Shown piece by piece: positions 18,004 through 28,612 of a stretch of DNA of 64,000 nt (position 1 is its first letter; each line of letters starts with the position of its first letter). The notes beneath the pieces are model-generated. The model saw nothing but the letters and a program-made list of their open reading frames with translations. It did no database searches and was not told where the DNA came from. The stretch is from assembly GCA_947085435.1 (NCBI GenBank), contig CAMTWL010000031.1, positions 76,278 to 140,277 of the forward strand, in the 5' to 3' direction. Made by a program: the position numbers and the translations under genes. This DNA comes from an uncultured Phycisphaerae bacterium (GTDB taxonomy: Bacteria; Planctomycetota; Phycisphaerae; Phycisphaerales; UBA1924).

Positions 18004-20046
18004 TCAGGGCTTTGTGAATGCGGGCATTCCCGGGATCTGCTCGCTCCCGGTGGGGATCGTGATGCTCGAGCCCTTGAAGTCGCCCCCGATCGGTTGATAG
18101 CGTCCGCCGATGTGTTCGGCGAGGAAAGCTTCGGCGACCGCGTTGAACGACGTGCGGTTCTCCGGCCGCGCAAAGCCGTGCCCCTCGTCGGGGTACAGCA
18201 CATAGGTCACGGGGATGTTCTTGTCCTTCATCGCCTTAACGATCTGGTCGGCCTCGGACTGCTTCACTCGCGGGTCGTTGGCGCCCTGGCCGATGAGCAG
18301 TGGTTTTTTGATGTTCCCGACTTTGGCCAGCGGCGAGCGCGATTCGAGGAACGCGCGGCCTTCTTCCGTCGTGTGGTCGCCGACGCGCTTCTTGAAGAGT
18401 TCGATCTGGGGCGCCCAATAGGGAGGGATGGTCTTCAGCAGGGTCGTGATGTTCGACGGGCCGACGATGTCCACACCCGCGGCGAACTTGTCGGGGGTGA
18501 AGGTGAGGCCGACGAGCGTGGCGTACCCGCCGTAGGAGCCTCCCATGATCGCGACGTTCTTGGGATCGGCGATGCCCTCGCGCACGGCCCAATCCACGGC
18601 GTCGATGAGGTCGTCGTGCATTTTGGCGGCCCACTGCATGTTGCCCGCGTTGATGAACGACTTGCCGAAGCCGGTGGAGCCGCGGAAGTTGACGCTCAGC
18701 ACGACATACCCGCGGTTCGAGAGCCACTGGTGCGAGGCGTTAAAGCCCCAGCCGTCGCGTGCCCAGGGGCCGCCGTGGACCAACAGCACCATCGGGAGGG
18801 CGGTGGTCGGCTTGCCGTCGCCGTCGGAATCGGACCAGATCGGGAGCGTGTAGTACGAAACGAGGCTCAGATCGTCGCGCGACTTGATGACGGTCGAGCG
18901 CATCTTCGCCAGCGGGAGTCCCTCGATCGACCTTCGATTGGTGAAGAGGAAGACCGCTCTCTTCTCTTCGCGGTCGTAGCGGTAGTAGCGGACGGGGCCG
19001 TCGTCCATGACATAGGAGACGATCCACTGCTTGTCGTCGAGCGTTCGGCTGCCGACGGAGAAGTCTCCGTCCGCGACCGTGCGCAGGTACGCGAAATCGC
19101 CGGCGATCGAATCGTCGAGGATCTTCCAGCGCTGGCGGTCGTAGGTGAACGAAACGGCCTGGATCGTGTTCTCGGTCGGATGCACCATCGCGCCGCCCGC
19201 GTCGGCCTTGGGGTCCTCCGCGACCAGCGTCTTGGCTTTGGTGTCGGTGTCGATCTTGACCAGCGCGCCCGTGTCGCGGCCTCGGCTGTCGATCGCGTAC
19301 GCAATCTTTCCCGTTTTGTCGAACCCGATCGGCTGCGTCGTGAGCGTGTCCTCCATCGGGACTTTGTCCCACTCTTCGGTCTGCCCGCCCGGCTTGACGC
19401 GGAGCCATTCGTTCCCGCCGTCGGCGCCGAACTTCATGGCGAAGCGCGGGACGAACTGGTCGTCCACGACGTAGCCGCTGAACCCGTCATTCTGAATGAC
19501 GAGCGCCATCTCACCGGTCTTGACGTTCAGGCGGTGCAGGTCGTGGAACTGCGGGTTGCGGTTGTTGAGGCCGACGATGATCTCGTCGGGGAAATGATGG
19601 CTCACCCCTTCGATATCGGCACGCACGCCATCAAACGGTGTCAGGTCGCGCTCCGCATTGCCGTTCTTCAGGTCGATGCTGTAGGCACGCCAGTTCTCGT
19701 CGCCCCCTTTGTCCTGGAGGTACACGATGTGCGTGTTGTTGTAGGCCCAGAAGTACTGGCGGACGCCGCGGTTGGTGTCCTTGGTGACGGGTTTCGCCGA
19801 GGCGGGATCGGTCGCGGGGCCGACCCACACATTCAGAACCGTCTTGCCAGGCTCGACTTCGACCGGCGCGATGAACGCCAGCATCGACCCGTCGGGGCTG
19901 AGTTGGGGAGAGGCGCGGTCAGGATTCCCGAAGAGCACCGATCGGTTGATGAGGGGGACGTCGTTGGGGTCCATGCCCGCCGCGAACGCGCCGCCGGAAG
20001 CCAAAGCCACGGCCGCGCTCGCCACCAATCTGCTCATACGGTTCAT
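18004..20046 (-). CDS. S9-family serine peptidase (prolyl oligopeptidase/acylaminoacyl peptidase family), secreted
   Basis: 680 aa with a signal peptide, a beta-propeller region, and a C-terminal alpha/beta hydrolase with GGSYGGY and DPRV...H catalytic motifs. Confidence 0.85.
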   Translation of the reverse strand: MNRMSRLVASAAVALASGGAFAAGMDPNDVPLINRSVLFGNPDRASPQLSPDGSMLAFIAPVEVEPGKTVLNVWVGPATDPASAKPVTKDTNRGVRQYFWAYNNTHIVYLQDKGGDENWRAYSIDLKNGNAERDLTPFDGVRADIEGVSHHFPDEIIVGLNNRNPQFHDLHRLNVKTGEMALVIQNDGFSGYVVDDQFVPRFAMKFGADGGNEWLRVKPGGQTEEWDKVPMEDTLTTQPIGFDKTGKIAYAIDSRGRDTGALVKIDTDTKAKTLVAEDPKADAGGAMVHPTENTIQAVSFTYDRQRWKILDDSIAGDFAYLRTVADGDFSVGSRTLDDKQWIVSYVMDDGPVRYYRYDREEKRAVFLFTNRRSIEGLPLAKMRSTVIKSRDDLSLVSYYTLPIWSDSDGDGKPTTALPMVLLVHGGPWARDGWGFNASHQWLSNRGYVVLSVNFRGSTGFGKSFINAGNMQWAAKMHDDLIDAVDWAVREGIADPKNVAIMGGSYGGYATLVGLTFTPDKFAAGVDIVGPSNITTLLKTIPPYWAPQIELFKKRVGDHTTEEGRAFLESRSPLAKVGNIKKPLLIGQGANDPRVKQSEADQIVKAMKDKNIPVTYVLYPDEGHGFARPENRTSFNAVAEAFLAEHIGGRYQPIGGDFKGSSITIPTGSEQIPGMPAFTKP

Positions 20047-20187
20047 GCACGATCTCCTGGGGAAACTGTGGTTGTGGCTCGTCGGCGAACGGGCGCACAG
20101 CCTCGGCTGGTTCTCGCGCCAAGCGGAACGGTAGTTGTTCCGGAAAACAGCCCTTCCGGTTGCTTAACTGTCGAGTCTATCCGAATC

Positions 20188-20270
20188 GTGGCACGCCCTT
20201 TCCAGGGCGTGGAGCCAGCCGACACGGGCTGGTCTCCGCGGCGACTCTTCGAGAAAGCCCGTGCCACTTC
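20188..20270. repeat. family-C palindromic element (GTGGCACG...GTCTCCGCGGCGAC...CCGTGCCAC)
   Basis: gtggcacgccctttccagggcgtgg...cacgggctggtctccgcggcgactcttcgagaaagcccgtgccac. Copies at 36213, 41052, 43613, 48132 and 61761, with fragments at 22381, 29052, 36935 and 55717. Confidence 0.8.
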
Positions 20271-20916
20271 AGCAGGCGACCGAGCCCCGAAGGCTCTCGG
20301 AAATCCGGGTGATGCCGCGGAACATCTTCTCGGCCGAGGCGACGATCGCGTCGCATTCGGCGCTCGAAAAGACCGCCGCGTCCATCGCGTGCTTGAAGGC
20401 CTGCCAGATTCTCGGCTGGTCCTCTCCCCACGGGTCGAGGTACGAGACGCCCGCCTTTTCCAACCCGTACGCACGCCGCACGGGGCGCGCGATGAAGCGG
20501 CCGCCGTTGGTGCTGCCGAGGGTGACGTAGTGGAAGCCGAGGAGGGCGACGGGCTGACCGATGCGGGCCGTCGAGATTTCGTTCAGGAGTTCGACCACCG
20601 ACGGATCCGCCGGGCCGTCCGATTTTTCGCGGCCGAAATGGCGCAGGTCGTCACGCAGGTAAAGCGACTGATACTGCTCCGCTGAGAGAATTCCCCCAGC
20701 CCTCTCGTCGCTTTCCGCGAGTTGAGTGAGCCCGGCGTCGAGGGCGCGATGCACCGGCCACAGCCGTTCGAGGTAGGAAACGTAGGTTTCGAGCGGGAGC
20801 GTGCCCTGAGCCAGCGATCGTTGGATTGGGTGCGATTCGGCCTCCGTGTGGAGGGGGCGGGTGTGCTCCTTGAGGCGGAGCATGAGGCCTGGGGCTGTCG
20901 CGGCGGGTGTGTGCAT
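20269..20916 (-). CDS. heme oxygenase (HO/HmuO family, PF01126)
   Basis: 215 aa. The N-terminal LKEHTRPLHTEAESHPIQRSL resembles the proximal-His helix of heme oxygenases. Confidence 0.65.
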   Translation of the reverse strand: MHTPAATAPGLMLRLKEHTRPLHTEAESHPIQRSLAQGTLPLETYVSYLERLWPVHRALDAGLTQLAESDERAGGILSAEQYQSLYLRDDLRHFGREKSDGPADPSVVELLNEISTARIGQPVALLGFHYVTLGSTNGGRFIARPVRRAYGLEKAGVSYLDPWGEDQPRIWQAFKHAMDAAVFSSAECDAIVASAEKMFRGITRISESLRGSVAC

Positions 20917-21049
20917 GGTGATTGTCGCTTATGGATTCGAGCCGGGGGTCAACAGGTTCCAAGTTACGATGATTCCGGGGACGAGGAGCCACAAAAGCCC
21001 CTTCACCAGAAAAAAGATGAACGCCGCCCAACCGGCCTGCTTGATTCGT

Positions 21050-21081
21050 CGCATAGTTGAGACTGATTCTCAACTATGCGA
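21050..21081. promoter_or_regulatory. perfect 12-bp inverted repeat (GCATAGTTGAGA-ctgatt-TCTCAACTATGC), candidate operator upstream of the heme oxygenase
   Basis: An AT-rich perfect palindrome in GC-rich DNA, about 135 bp upstream of the heme oxygenase start (minus strand). Confidence 0.45.
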
Positions 21082-21111
21082 GCCCGGTTGTCAAACGGCC
21101 GGTGGCGGGCG

Positions 21112-21150
21112 CACAAAGAGGGGCCGATGGGTACACCCCTTCGGCCCCTG
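21112..21150 (-). terminator. rho-independent terminator candidate for the hsp20 pair
   Basis: The minus-strand RNA would form a GGGGCCGAAGGGG...CCCAUCGGCCCC stem followed by UCUUUGUG. Confidence 0.5.
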
Positions 21151-21215
21151 ACGCGGGGTGGAAATGCAGATGATTGTGTCAATTTTTTGCGCCGATTGAT
21201 GCCGATTGACGTGGG

Positions 21216-21602
21216 TTAGTTGGGAGTGATGGTGATGTGAACCTTCCGCTTTCTTGCGGCGTCCGATTTGGGGACGTTGATGGTCAGCACCCCGGCGGCG
21301 AACTCGGCTGTGGTCTTGTCGGGATCGATCGCCTCGTCGAAGCGGAAGGTGCGGCGGTAATCGCCAACCTGGTACTCCGCAAGGAGGGGTCTGGCGGTTT
21401 CGGGAGTCCTCGGAGTCGCCCGGGCCGTGAGGGTCAGCATGTTCTTGTCGAAGTCGAGGTCGATCGCGTCGGCGGATGCGCCGGGGACGTCGGCGATGAT
21501 GCGGAAGCCGGTGTCGCTCTCGAAGACGTCAACCGGCGGGCGGAAGTGCGCGACGGCCTTGGACGGGGTGCGGCATTCGTTCTGGGTGTTGCAGCATGAC
21601 AT
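21216..21602 (-). CDS. Hsp20/alpha-crystallin small heat-shock protein
   Basis: 128 aa from ATG 21602. ACD core VDVFESDTGFRIIADVPG...AEFAAGVLTINVPK. The longer track ORF is an artefact. Confidence 0.85.
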   Translation of the reverse strand: MSCCNTQNECRTPSKAVAHFRPPVDVFESDTGFRIIADVPGASADAIDLDFDKNMLTLTARATPRTPETARPLLAEYQVGDYRRTFRFDEAIDPDKTTAEFAAGVLTINVPKSDAARKRKVHITITPN

Positions 21603-21645
21603 GGGGATGATCCTTGTGAGTCGTGTAAGCGTGGATGGATCGAAC

Positions 21646-22086
21646 TCAGTTCGCGGTGACTCGGACCTTGCGCGGCTGGGCTTCCGCGGGCTTTGCGAGC
21701 GTGAGCGTAAGGACGCCGTTCTTGAAACTGGCGGTGGCCTTGTCGTTGGCGACGGGGAACGGGAGTCGGAAGGTGCGCTCGAAGGTGCCGCTGCCGCGTT
21801 CCTGGCGGATGGGCCGGGCACCTTCGGGTGCGTCAGGGATCGAGCGCGAGCCGCGGAGGGTGATCTCGTCGCTCTGGATAGTGATATCGAGACCCTCGGG
21901 CTTGAAGCCGGGGAGTTCCGCCTCGACGCGGACGGAAGCGTTGTCGTGCCAGAGGTTGACGGCGGGGAACCTGGGCGCGGAGCCGGCGCGGGGGATCGCA
22001 GTGTTGAACGCCGGGGCGAAAAACCCCTCGACGATCTGGTCCAGATCGGCGAAAGAAGACGGCGGGTTGCAGCGGATCGTGAGCAT
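21646..22086 (-). CDS. Hsp20/alpha-crystallin small heat-shock protein
   Basis: 146 aa. VNLWHDNASVRVEAELPGFKPEGLDI...ASFKNGVLTLTLAK. Confidence 0.85.
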   Translation of the reverse strand: MLTIRCNPPSSFADLDQIVEGFFAPAFNTAIPRAGSAPRFPAVNLWHDNASVRVEAELPGFKPEGLDITIQSDEITLRGSRSIPDAPEGARPIRQERGSGTFERTFRLPFPVANDKATASFKNGVLTLTLAKPAEAQPRKVRVTAN

Positions 22087-22530
22087 GAGTCAGTTCCTTT
22101 CGTGACGCGGGACGCGTCGTTGGTGTGCTGATGTGCGGACGGAGAGGGAATGGCAAGGTGCGTGCCACTCGCGTGTTGCGGCTCTCTAAGCGTCAGCGGG
22201 GCTGCAAAGGCGTGATAAAATCGTTGCGGCCTGCCAAAGTGGCAATCGCGCGGCGGGCATCGCGCGGGTTGGCATGTTGATGATGCGAACGGGGCGCGAA
22301 CGGTGGTGGTGAGGGGTTGGAGTTGGGGCATCGTGCTTGCAGTTGATGAGCGGAAGCAGATAGAGAATGGGTGCGCACGAGCGGGTCTCCGCGGCGACTC
22401 TTCGAGACGGCCGTGCGGCGCGAGGTAACGTGCGGTGTCCCTCCCCCGCCCTCGCCCCCGCCCCCGGGATGACTCGGGCACCCCCTCCCAGGGGGAGGGG
22501 GAGTTGATAAGACGAAGAGGAACCGAAGAC

Positions 22531-25158
<2,628 letters not shown>

Positions 25159-25165
25159 AGGCGAA

Positions 25166-25342
25166 TACATTCACCACAGAGACGCAGAGACACAGAGAAA
25201 GGCATGAGAACTGGGTTCAAGGCAGGAATACAGGCGCAGATGACACGGATGGATGCGGGGTAAGCGTTGTTCGCTTTTGTGCCCGTCCGCGCTTTCAGAC
25301 ACATTTGTTTTCTTCTCTGTGCCTCTGTGTCTCTGTGGTGAA
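25166..25342. repeat. family-A long inverted repeat between the convergent clpB and lipoprotein genes
   Basis: cattcaccacagagacgcagagacacagagaaagg ... ttcttctctgtgcctctgtgtctctgtggtgaaaactg. Confidence 0.85.
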
Positions 25343-25350
25343 AACTGATT

Positions 25351-25764
25351 TCACTGAGCCGGGCGAATCTGGAGGCGCCAATCGCGGGCGTTGGCATCCG
25401 GCGCGAAGCCCTCCATGAAAACCTGGCTGCGCGGCGGGAGTTTGACGAAGCGCCAGTCCGGGTCGGCGTCCAGCGGCGTGCCCTTCTCATCGAAGAAGAA
25501 GTAGCGGTACTGCACGTTCAGCACGTTCTTGTCCCACGTCGATCGCACGGCGGAGGTGATCGACATGGGCTTGGTGTCGGAGCCGGGGGTGACGTTCGCG
25601 CCGCTGACGACGAGGTGGGGCGAGAGGCCGCCGGCGGCTTCGACTTTGGGGTATTGGTCGGCGGGGAGCGGATCGACGCCCGCGGCGCCGGGGGAGCGGG
25701 TCCGGTCTTGCTGGCAGGCGGGAAGAGCGAGGGCGGCGAGGAGGATGAGTGTGGGGGTGCGCAT
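25351..25764 (-). CDS. small lipoprotein (YcfL/DUF1425-like)
   Basis: 137 aa. MRTPTLILLAALALPAC lipobox signal. Its size and context next to the LpoB-like gene suggest a YcfL-like protein. Confidence 0.45.
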   Translation of the reverse strand: MRTPTLILLAALALPACQQDRTRSPGAAGVDPLPADQYPKVEAAGGLSPHLVVSGANVTPGSDTKPMSITSAVRSTWDKNVLNVQYRYFFFDEKGTPLDADPDWRFVKLPPRSQVFMEGFAPDANARDWRLQIRPAQ

Positions 25765-25837
25765 GCGTGAGTGTCCCTATGTGAGTGAATGTGTTGATGC
25801 TTGGAAATGCCTTTCCCGGCGCGCCGGGATTCAGCCT

Positions 25838-25915
25838 GAAAGGCTGGTCGTTCGTAGCCGGGGGTTTAGCGAGTCTTCGAGCGTAACCCCCGGAAAGAGC
25901 CAAACCAACCCATCT
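25838..25915. repeat. family-B palindromic element copy
   Basis: ttcagcctgaaaggctggtcgttcgtagccgggggtttagcgagtcttcgagcgtaacccccggaaag. Confidence 0.75.
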
Positions 25916-25919
25916 TTTC

Positions 25920-27692
25920 CTATTTATTCCGCACGCTCCGGCCGCGCCTCTCTTCGATCGCGCGGATCGCGTCCGTGCTCTTCGGCACATACGGCGGATG
26001 CTCGCGACAGAAAAGCCTGACGAAACCTGTCGAGCCGGCTATGGGGGCTTCGAGCGAATCACCTCCGTCGAGAAGATGCCGCGGCGCGATAAGTTCTCGC
26101 GGGTCGGGGTTGAGGTTGATTCCTTCGGCTCGGTAAAGATTTTCGAGGTCGATAACACTGAAATCGAGGAGGTTTCCCGAGGCTTGATATCGACGGAGGA
26201 CTTCGAGCGAGGGTCTTTGCACGCAGCGCCCCCCGCCGCCGAGGATGTAGGGGAGGTCGTCGCCCGCGACGGCGCAATCGCAGGAGTCGTTCGAGTAGAG
26301 GACGCGGCCCGACTGACCCCATTGCGCGATCTCGCTGGACATCGGCATGCGGACGTAGTGGAGCGCGATGGAGTTTTGAGTCGGCGGATTGAGGCTGGGG
26401 AGCGCGAGGCGCGGGCCGCCGGCGATGGTGAGGGTGACGGTGGTGGTGGGCTGCGTGATGCTCGCGGCGGCGACGTAGACGCGATTCGGCAGGAGTTCGC
26501 AGTGGCGTGTGTCGGCGGCGGCGGTGAGTTTGCTGAAGAGGCCCGCGCCGATGAGCGAGAGGCCGACGATCTGGGCCGTTTGGTTGTCGGAGGATGCGGT
26601 GATGGCGCCGCCGAGGAGCATGGCGGTGCCGATGGAACTCTTGGCGGCGCGGAGGTCCTCGAAGTTGTTCCACATGTGATCCTGGGCGAGCGCGTTGAGG
26701 TCGGCGGCGACGGCGGAGGGGGAGGCGGAAGGCGGAGCCGAAGACACCGATTCCTTAAGGGAATCGGTGGCACGGGTTGGGGTGAATATTTCGAGGGTGA
26801 GTGGGCGTTGATTGTTTGCGAGGCGCGGGGCGAAGCGGGTGAGGGAGTTGTCGGGGCCGTAGCGGATCTTTTCGGGGCCGGGGCCGTAGTCGATGATGAA
26901 GACGGTGTTGGCCGAGTTGTTGAGGAGGGCGCTCGTGACCGGCGCGAGTGCTGGGATGAGCGTGTTGGCTTCGTTGAAGTTGTCTTGTGCTTCGTCGAGT
27001 CGTGCGGGGTCGCCTCCCGAGCGATGGAGCGCGAGGTTGGCGAGGCCGGACATGAAGTAGCCGAGGGCGAAGTTGGTTTTGGTGGGGGTGTAGCCCTTGT
27101 CGAGGTAGTCATCGAATGCGTCGTCGTTGTGCCGCGAACGCCCGACGGCGGTGCGGGCGATGTCTTCGGTGGTCTTGCGGCCGCCGCGCTCGTTCTCGCC
27201 GAAGTCTTTGAGGAGAAAGAGCGATGACTGTGCGGCGGCGCGTGCGTTGTCCCACTCGTTGAGGAGAGCCTTCTGCACCGCGATGTAGTGGAACATCATC
27301 GCCTGCTCGAAGGGCTCGCCTTTCCAGAAGATGACGTTGCCGTCGCCGAGGATCGCGGCGGCGATGGTCTTGTCGTCGTTGATGCCCTGGGTGCGGAGAA
27401 TCTCGAAGGTGCGGTTGATGATGGGTTCGGCGGCGGCGGGTCGGCCGTCGGCGAGGAGGGCGAGGCTGAGGCGCATGCGGTCGAGCATGTAGTCGCGGTT
27501 TGTGCGGTCCTCGGGGAGACGGGCGGCGATGCGCGAGGCGACGCGGGGGTATTCGCCGCGGTCGAAGAGGTCGCGGAGTGGGGTGTCGGTGGAGTGGGCG
27601 CAGGCTGTCAAGAGAAAGGCATTCACCGCAGAGACGCAGAGGACGCAGAGAAGGAATCGCTGGGATGAGTTGTTGTGAATCACTGCACCCAT
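25920..27692 (-). CDS. large lipoprotein of unknown function (COG3014-like neighbour of LpoB/YcfL)
   Basis: The ORF runs to 27707 (GTG). The likely ATG at 27692 gives MGAVIHNNSSQRFLLCVLCVSAVNAFLLTAC, a lipoprotein signal peptide whose coding sequence is a family-A repeat arm. Confidence 0.6.
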   Translation of the reverse strand: MGAVIHNNSSQRFLLCVLCVSAVNAFLLTACAHSTDTPLRDLFDRGEYPRVASRIAARLPEDRTNRDYMLDRMRLSLALLADGRPAAAEPIINRTFEILRTQGINDDKTIAAAILGDGNVIFWKGEPFEQAMMFHYIAVQKALLNEWDNARAAAQSSLFLLKDFGENERGGRKTTEDIARTAVGRSRHNDDAFDDYLDKGYTPTKTNFALGYFMSGLANLALHRSGGDPARLDEAQDNFNEANTLIPALAPVTSALLNNSANTVFIIDYGPGPEKIRYGPDNSLTRFAPRLANNQRPLTLEIFTPTRATDSLKESVSSAPPSASPSAVAADLNALAQDHMWNNFEDLRAAKSSIGTAMLLGGAITASSDNQTAQIVGLSLIGAGLFSKLTAAADTRHCELLPNRVYVAAASITQPTTTVTLTIAGGPRLALPSLNPPTQNSIALHYVRMPMSSEIAQWGQSGRVLYSNDSCDCAVAGDDLPYILGGGGRCVQRPSLEVLRRYQASGNLLDFSVIDLENLYRAEGINLNPDPRELIAPRHLLDGGDSLEAPIAGSTGFVRLFCREHPPYVPKSTDAIRAIEERRGRSVRNK

Positions 27693-27757
27693 GTCTTTAT
27701 CCGTCACAAGTCTCCCGTCTTCCTCTGCGTTCTCTGCGTCTCTGCGGTAAATATCTT
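27615..27757. repeat. family-A inverted repeat; left arm inside the lipoprotein coding sequence, right arm in its 5' UTR
   Basis: aaaggcattcaccgcagagacgcagaggacgcagagaagg (27615-27654) ... tcttcctctgcgttctctgcgtctctgcggtaaat (27716-27757). Confidence 0.85.
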
Positions 27758-27761
27758 CTCT

Positions 27762-28343
27762 TCAGTTGTAGGAACGCCCCGCGGCGGTGCGTTTCAGGAG
27801 GTATTCGCCGGTCCAGACGGTTTCACCGGATTCAAGAGCGGTGATGGAGTAGTGGGCGGCGTAGAGGTCGGTGCGATCGAGGGCGAACGAGCGGGTGATG
27901 TTGCGGAAAACCGCGGCGAGGACGTGGGTGGGCTTTCGTTCCTCGCCGATCGTGCGCTCGAAGCCGATGGCTTCCTTGAGGTTTTCCAGGCGTTCAGCCG
28001 GAACGATGAACCGGATGCGTCGCTCCCCGGCGAGGTCGCGGAGGTGGAACGAGTGGGTGATGCGGTCGATGAGGTACCACCGCTCGCCTTTGGTCATGAG
28101 GTCGCTCGTCAGATTCGTCGGCTCCCGCGAGGTGAGGAGAATCTCGGGAGATTCCGGGGTGCGCCCACTCAGGAAGTCCGACTCGCGCAGCGACGCGGCG
28201 ATCTCAACGACGATCGACTCGAAGTCGAGCGTCTGCAGTTGCGTGCTCCGCGAAGGATGGTTGCAGCCCGTCAGAAAAAAGGCATTCACCACGGAGACAC
28301 CGAGGCACAGAGAAGAGAGAAAGGTGTGGGTGGCGTGGGACAT
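27762..28343 (-). CDS. LpoB-like lipoprotein (candidate penicillin-binding-protein activator)
   Basis: 193 aa. MSHATHTFLSSLCLGVSVVNAFFLTGC lipobox signal. The C-terminal YSITALESGETVWTGEY resembles LpoB's LMLVQTGEIIWSGKG. The first 27 codons are a family-A repeat arm (28262-28343). Confidence 0.5.
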   Translation of the reverse strand: MSHATHTFLSSLCLGVSVVNAFFLTGCNHPSRSTQLQTLDFESIVVEIAASLRESDFLSGRTPESPEILLTSREPTNLTSDLMTKGERWYLIDRITHSFHLRDLAGERRIRFIVPAERLENLKEAIGFERTIGEERKPTHVLAAVFRNITRSFALDRTDLYAAHYSITALESGETVWTGEYLLKRTAAGRSYN

Positions 28344-28389
28344 GACGGGGTGGGTGATGAGATGCGGTGGCGGGGCGGATCGGTTGCGT

Positions 28390-28560
28390 CACGCGGAGCG
28401 TGGCACCCCTTGTATGTTCTTCGGGGTTCGGAAGAGGGTATAGGGGTATAGGGGGGGTTGGTTCCGGGGGTTACGCTTGGTTGCCGCGGCGACCGCTCAC
28501 CCCCGGCTACTGACTGCCAGCTCGTACACGGCGAGTCGAGGCGACCCTCCGGGCTTGAAA
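28390..28560. repeat. family-B element copy with a GTCGCCGCGGCGAC core
   Basis: ccccttgtatgttcttcggggttcggaagagggta...ggttccgggggttacgcttggttgccgcggcgaccgctcacccccggctactgactgccagc. Confidence 0.7.
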
Positions 28561-28612
28561 CGGGGGAAGTTCAACACCGCAACACATCACCTGTTTTGTC
28601 TCACGCGATGAC

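Noticed and set aside
20188-20210. TGGCACG motifs in family-C repeats resemble sigma54 -24 elements.
   Set aside because: The downstream -12 position reads TTTC/TTCC rather than TTGC, and the motif is part of a dispersed repeat, so it is not called as a promoter.
18094-20685. 863-aa ORF on the plus strand.
   Set aside because: It is antisense to the S9 peptidase and heme oxygenase genes. It has low-complexity RG/RD-rich translation. Rejected as an artefact.
22090-22530. Looked for CIRCE (TTAGCACTC-N9-GAGTGCTAA) or an RpoH-type promoter upstream of hsp20/clpB.
   Set aside because: No convincing match seen by eye, so no regulatory feature was called.
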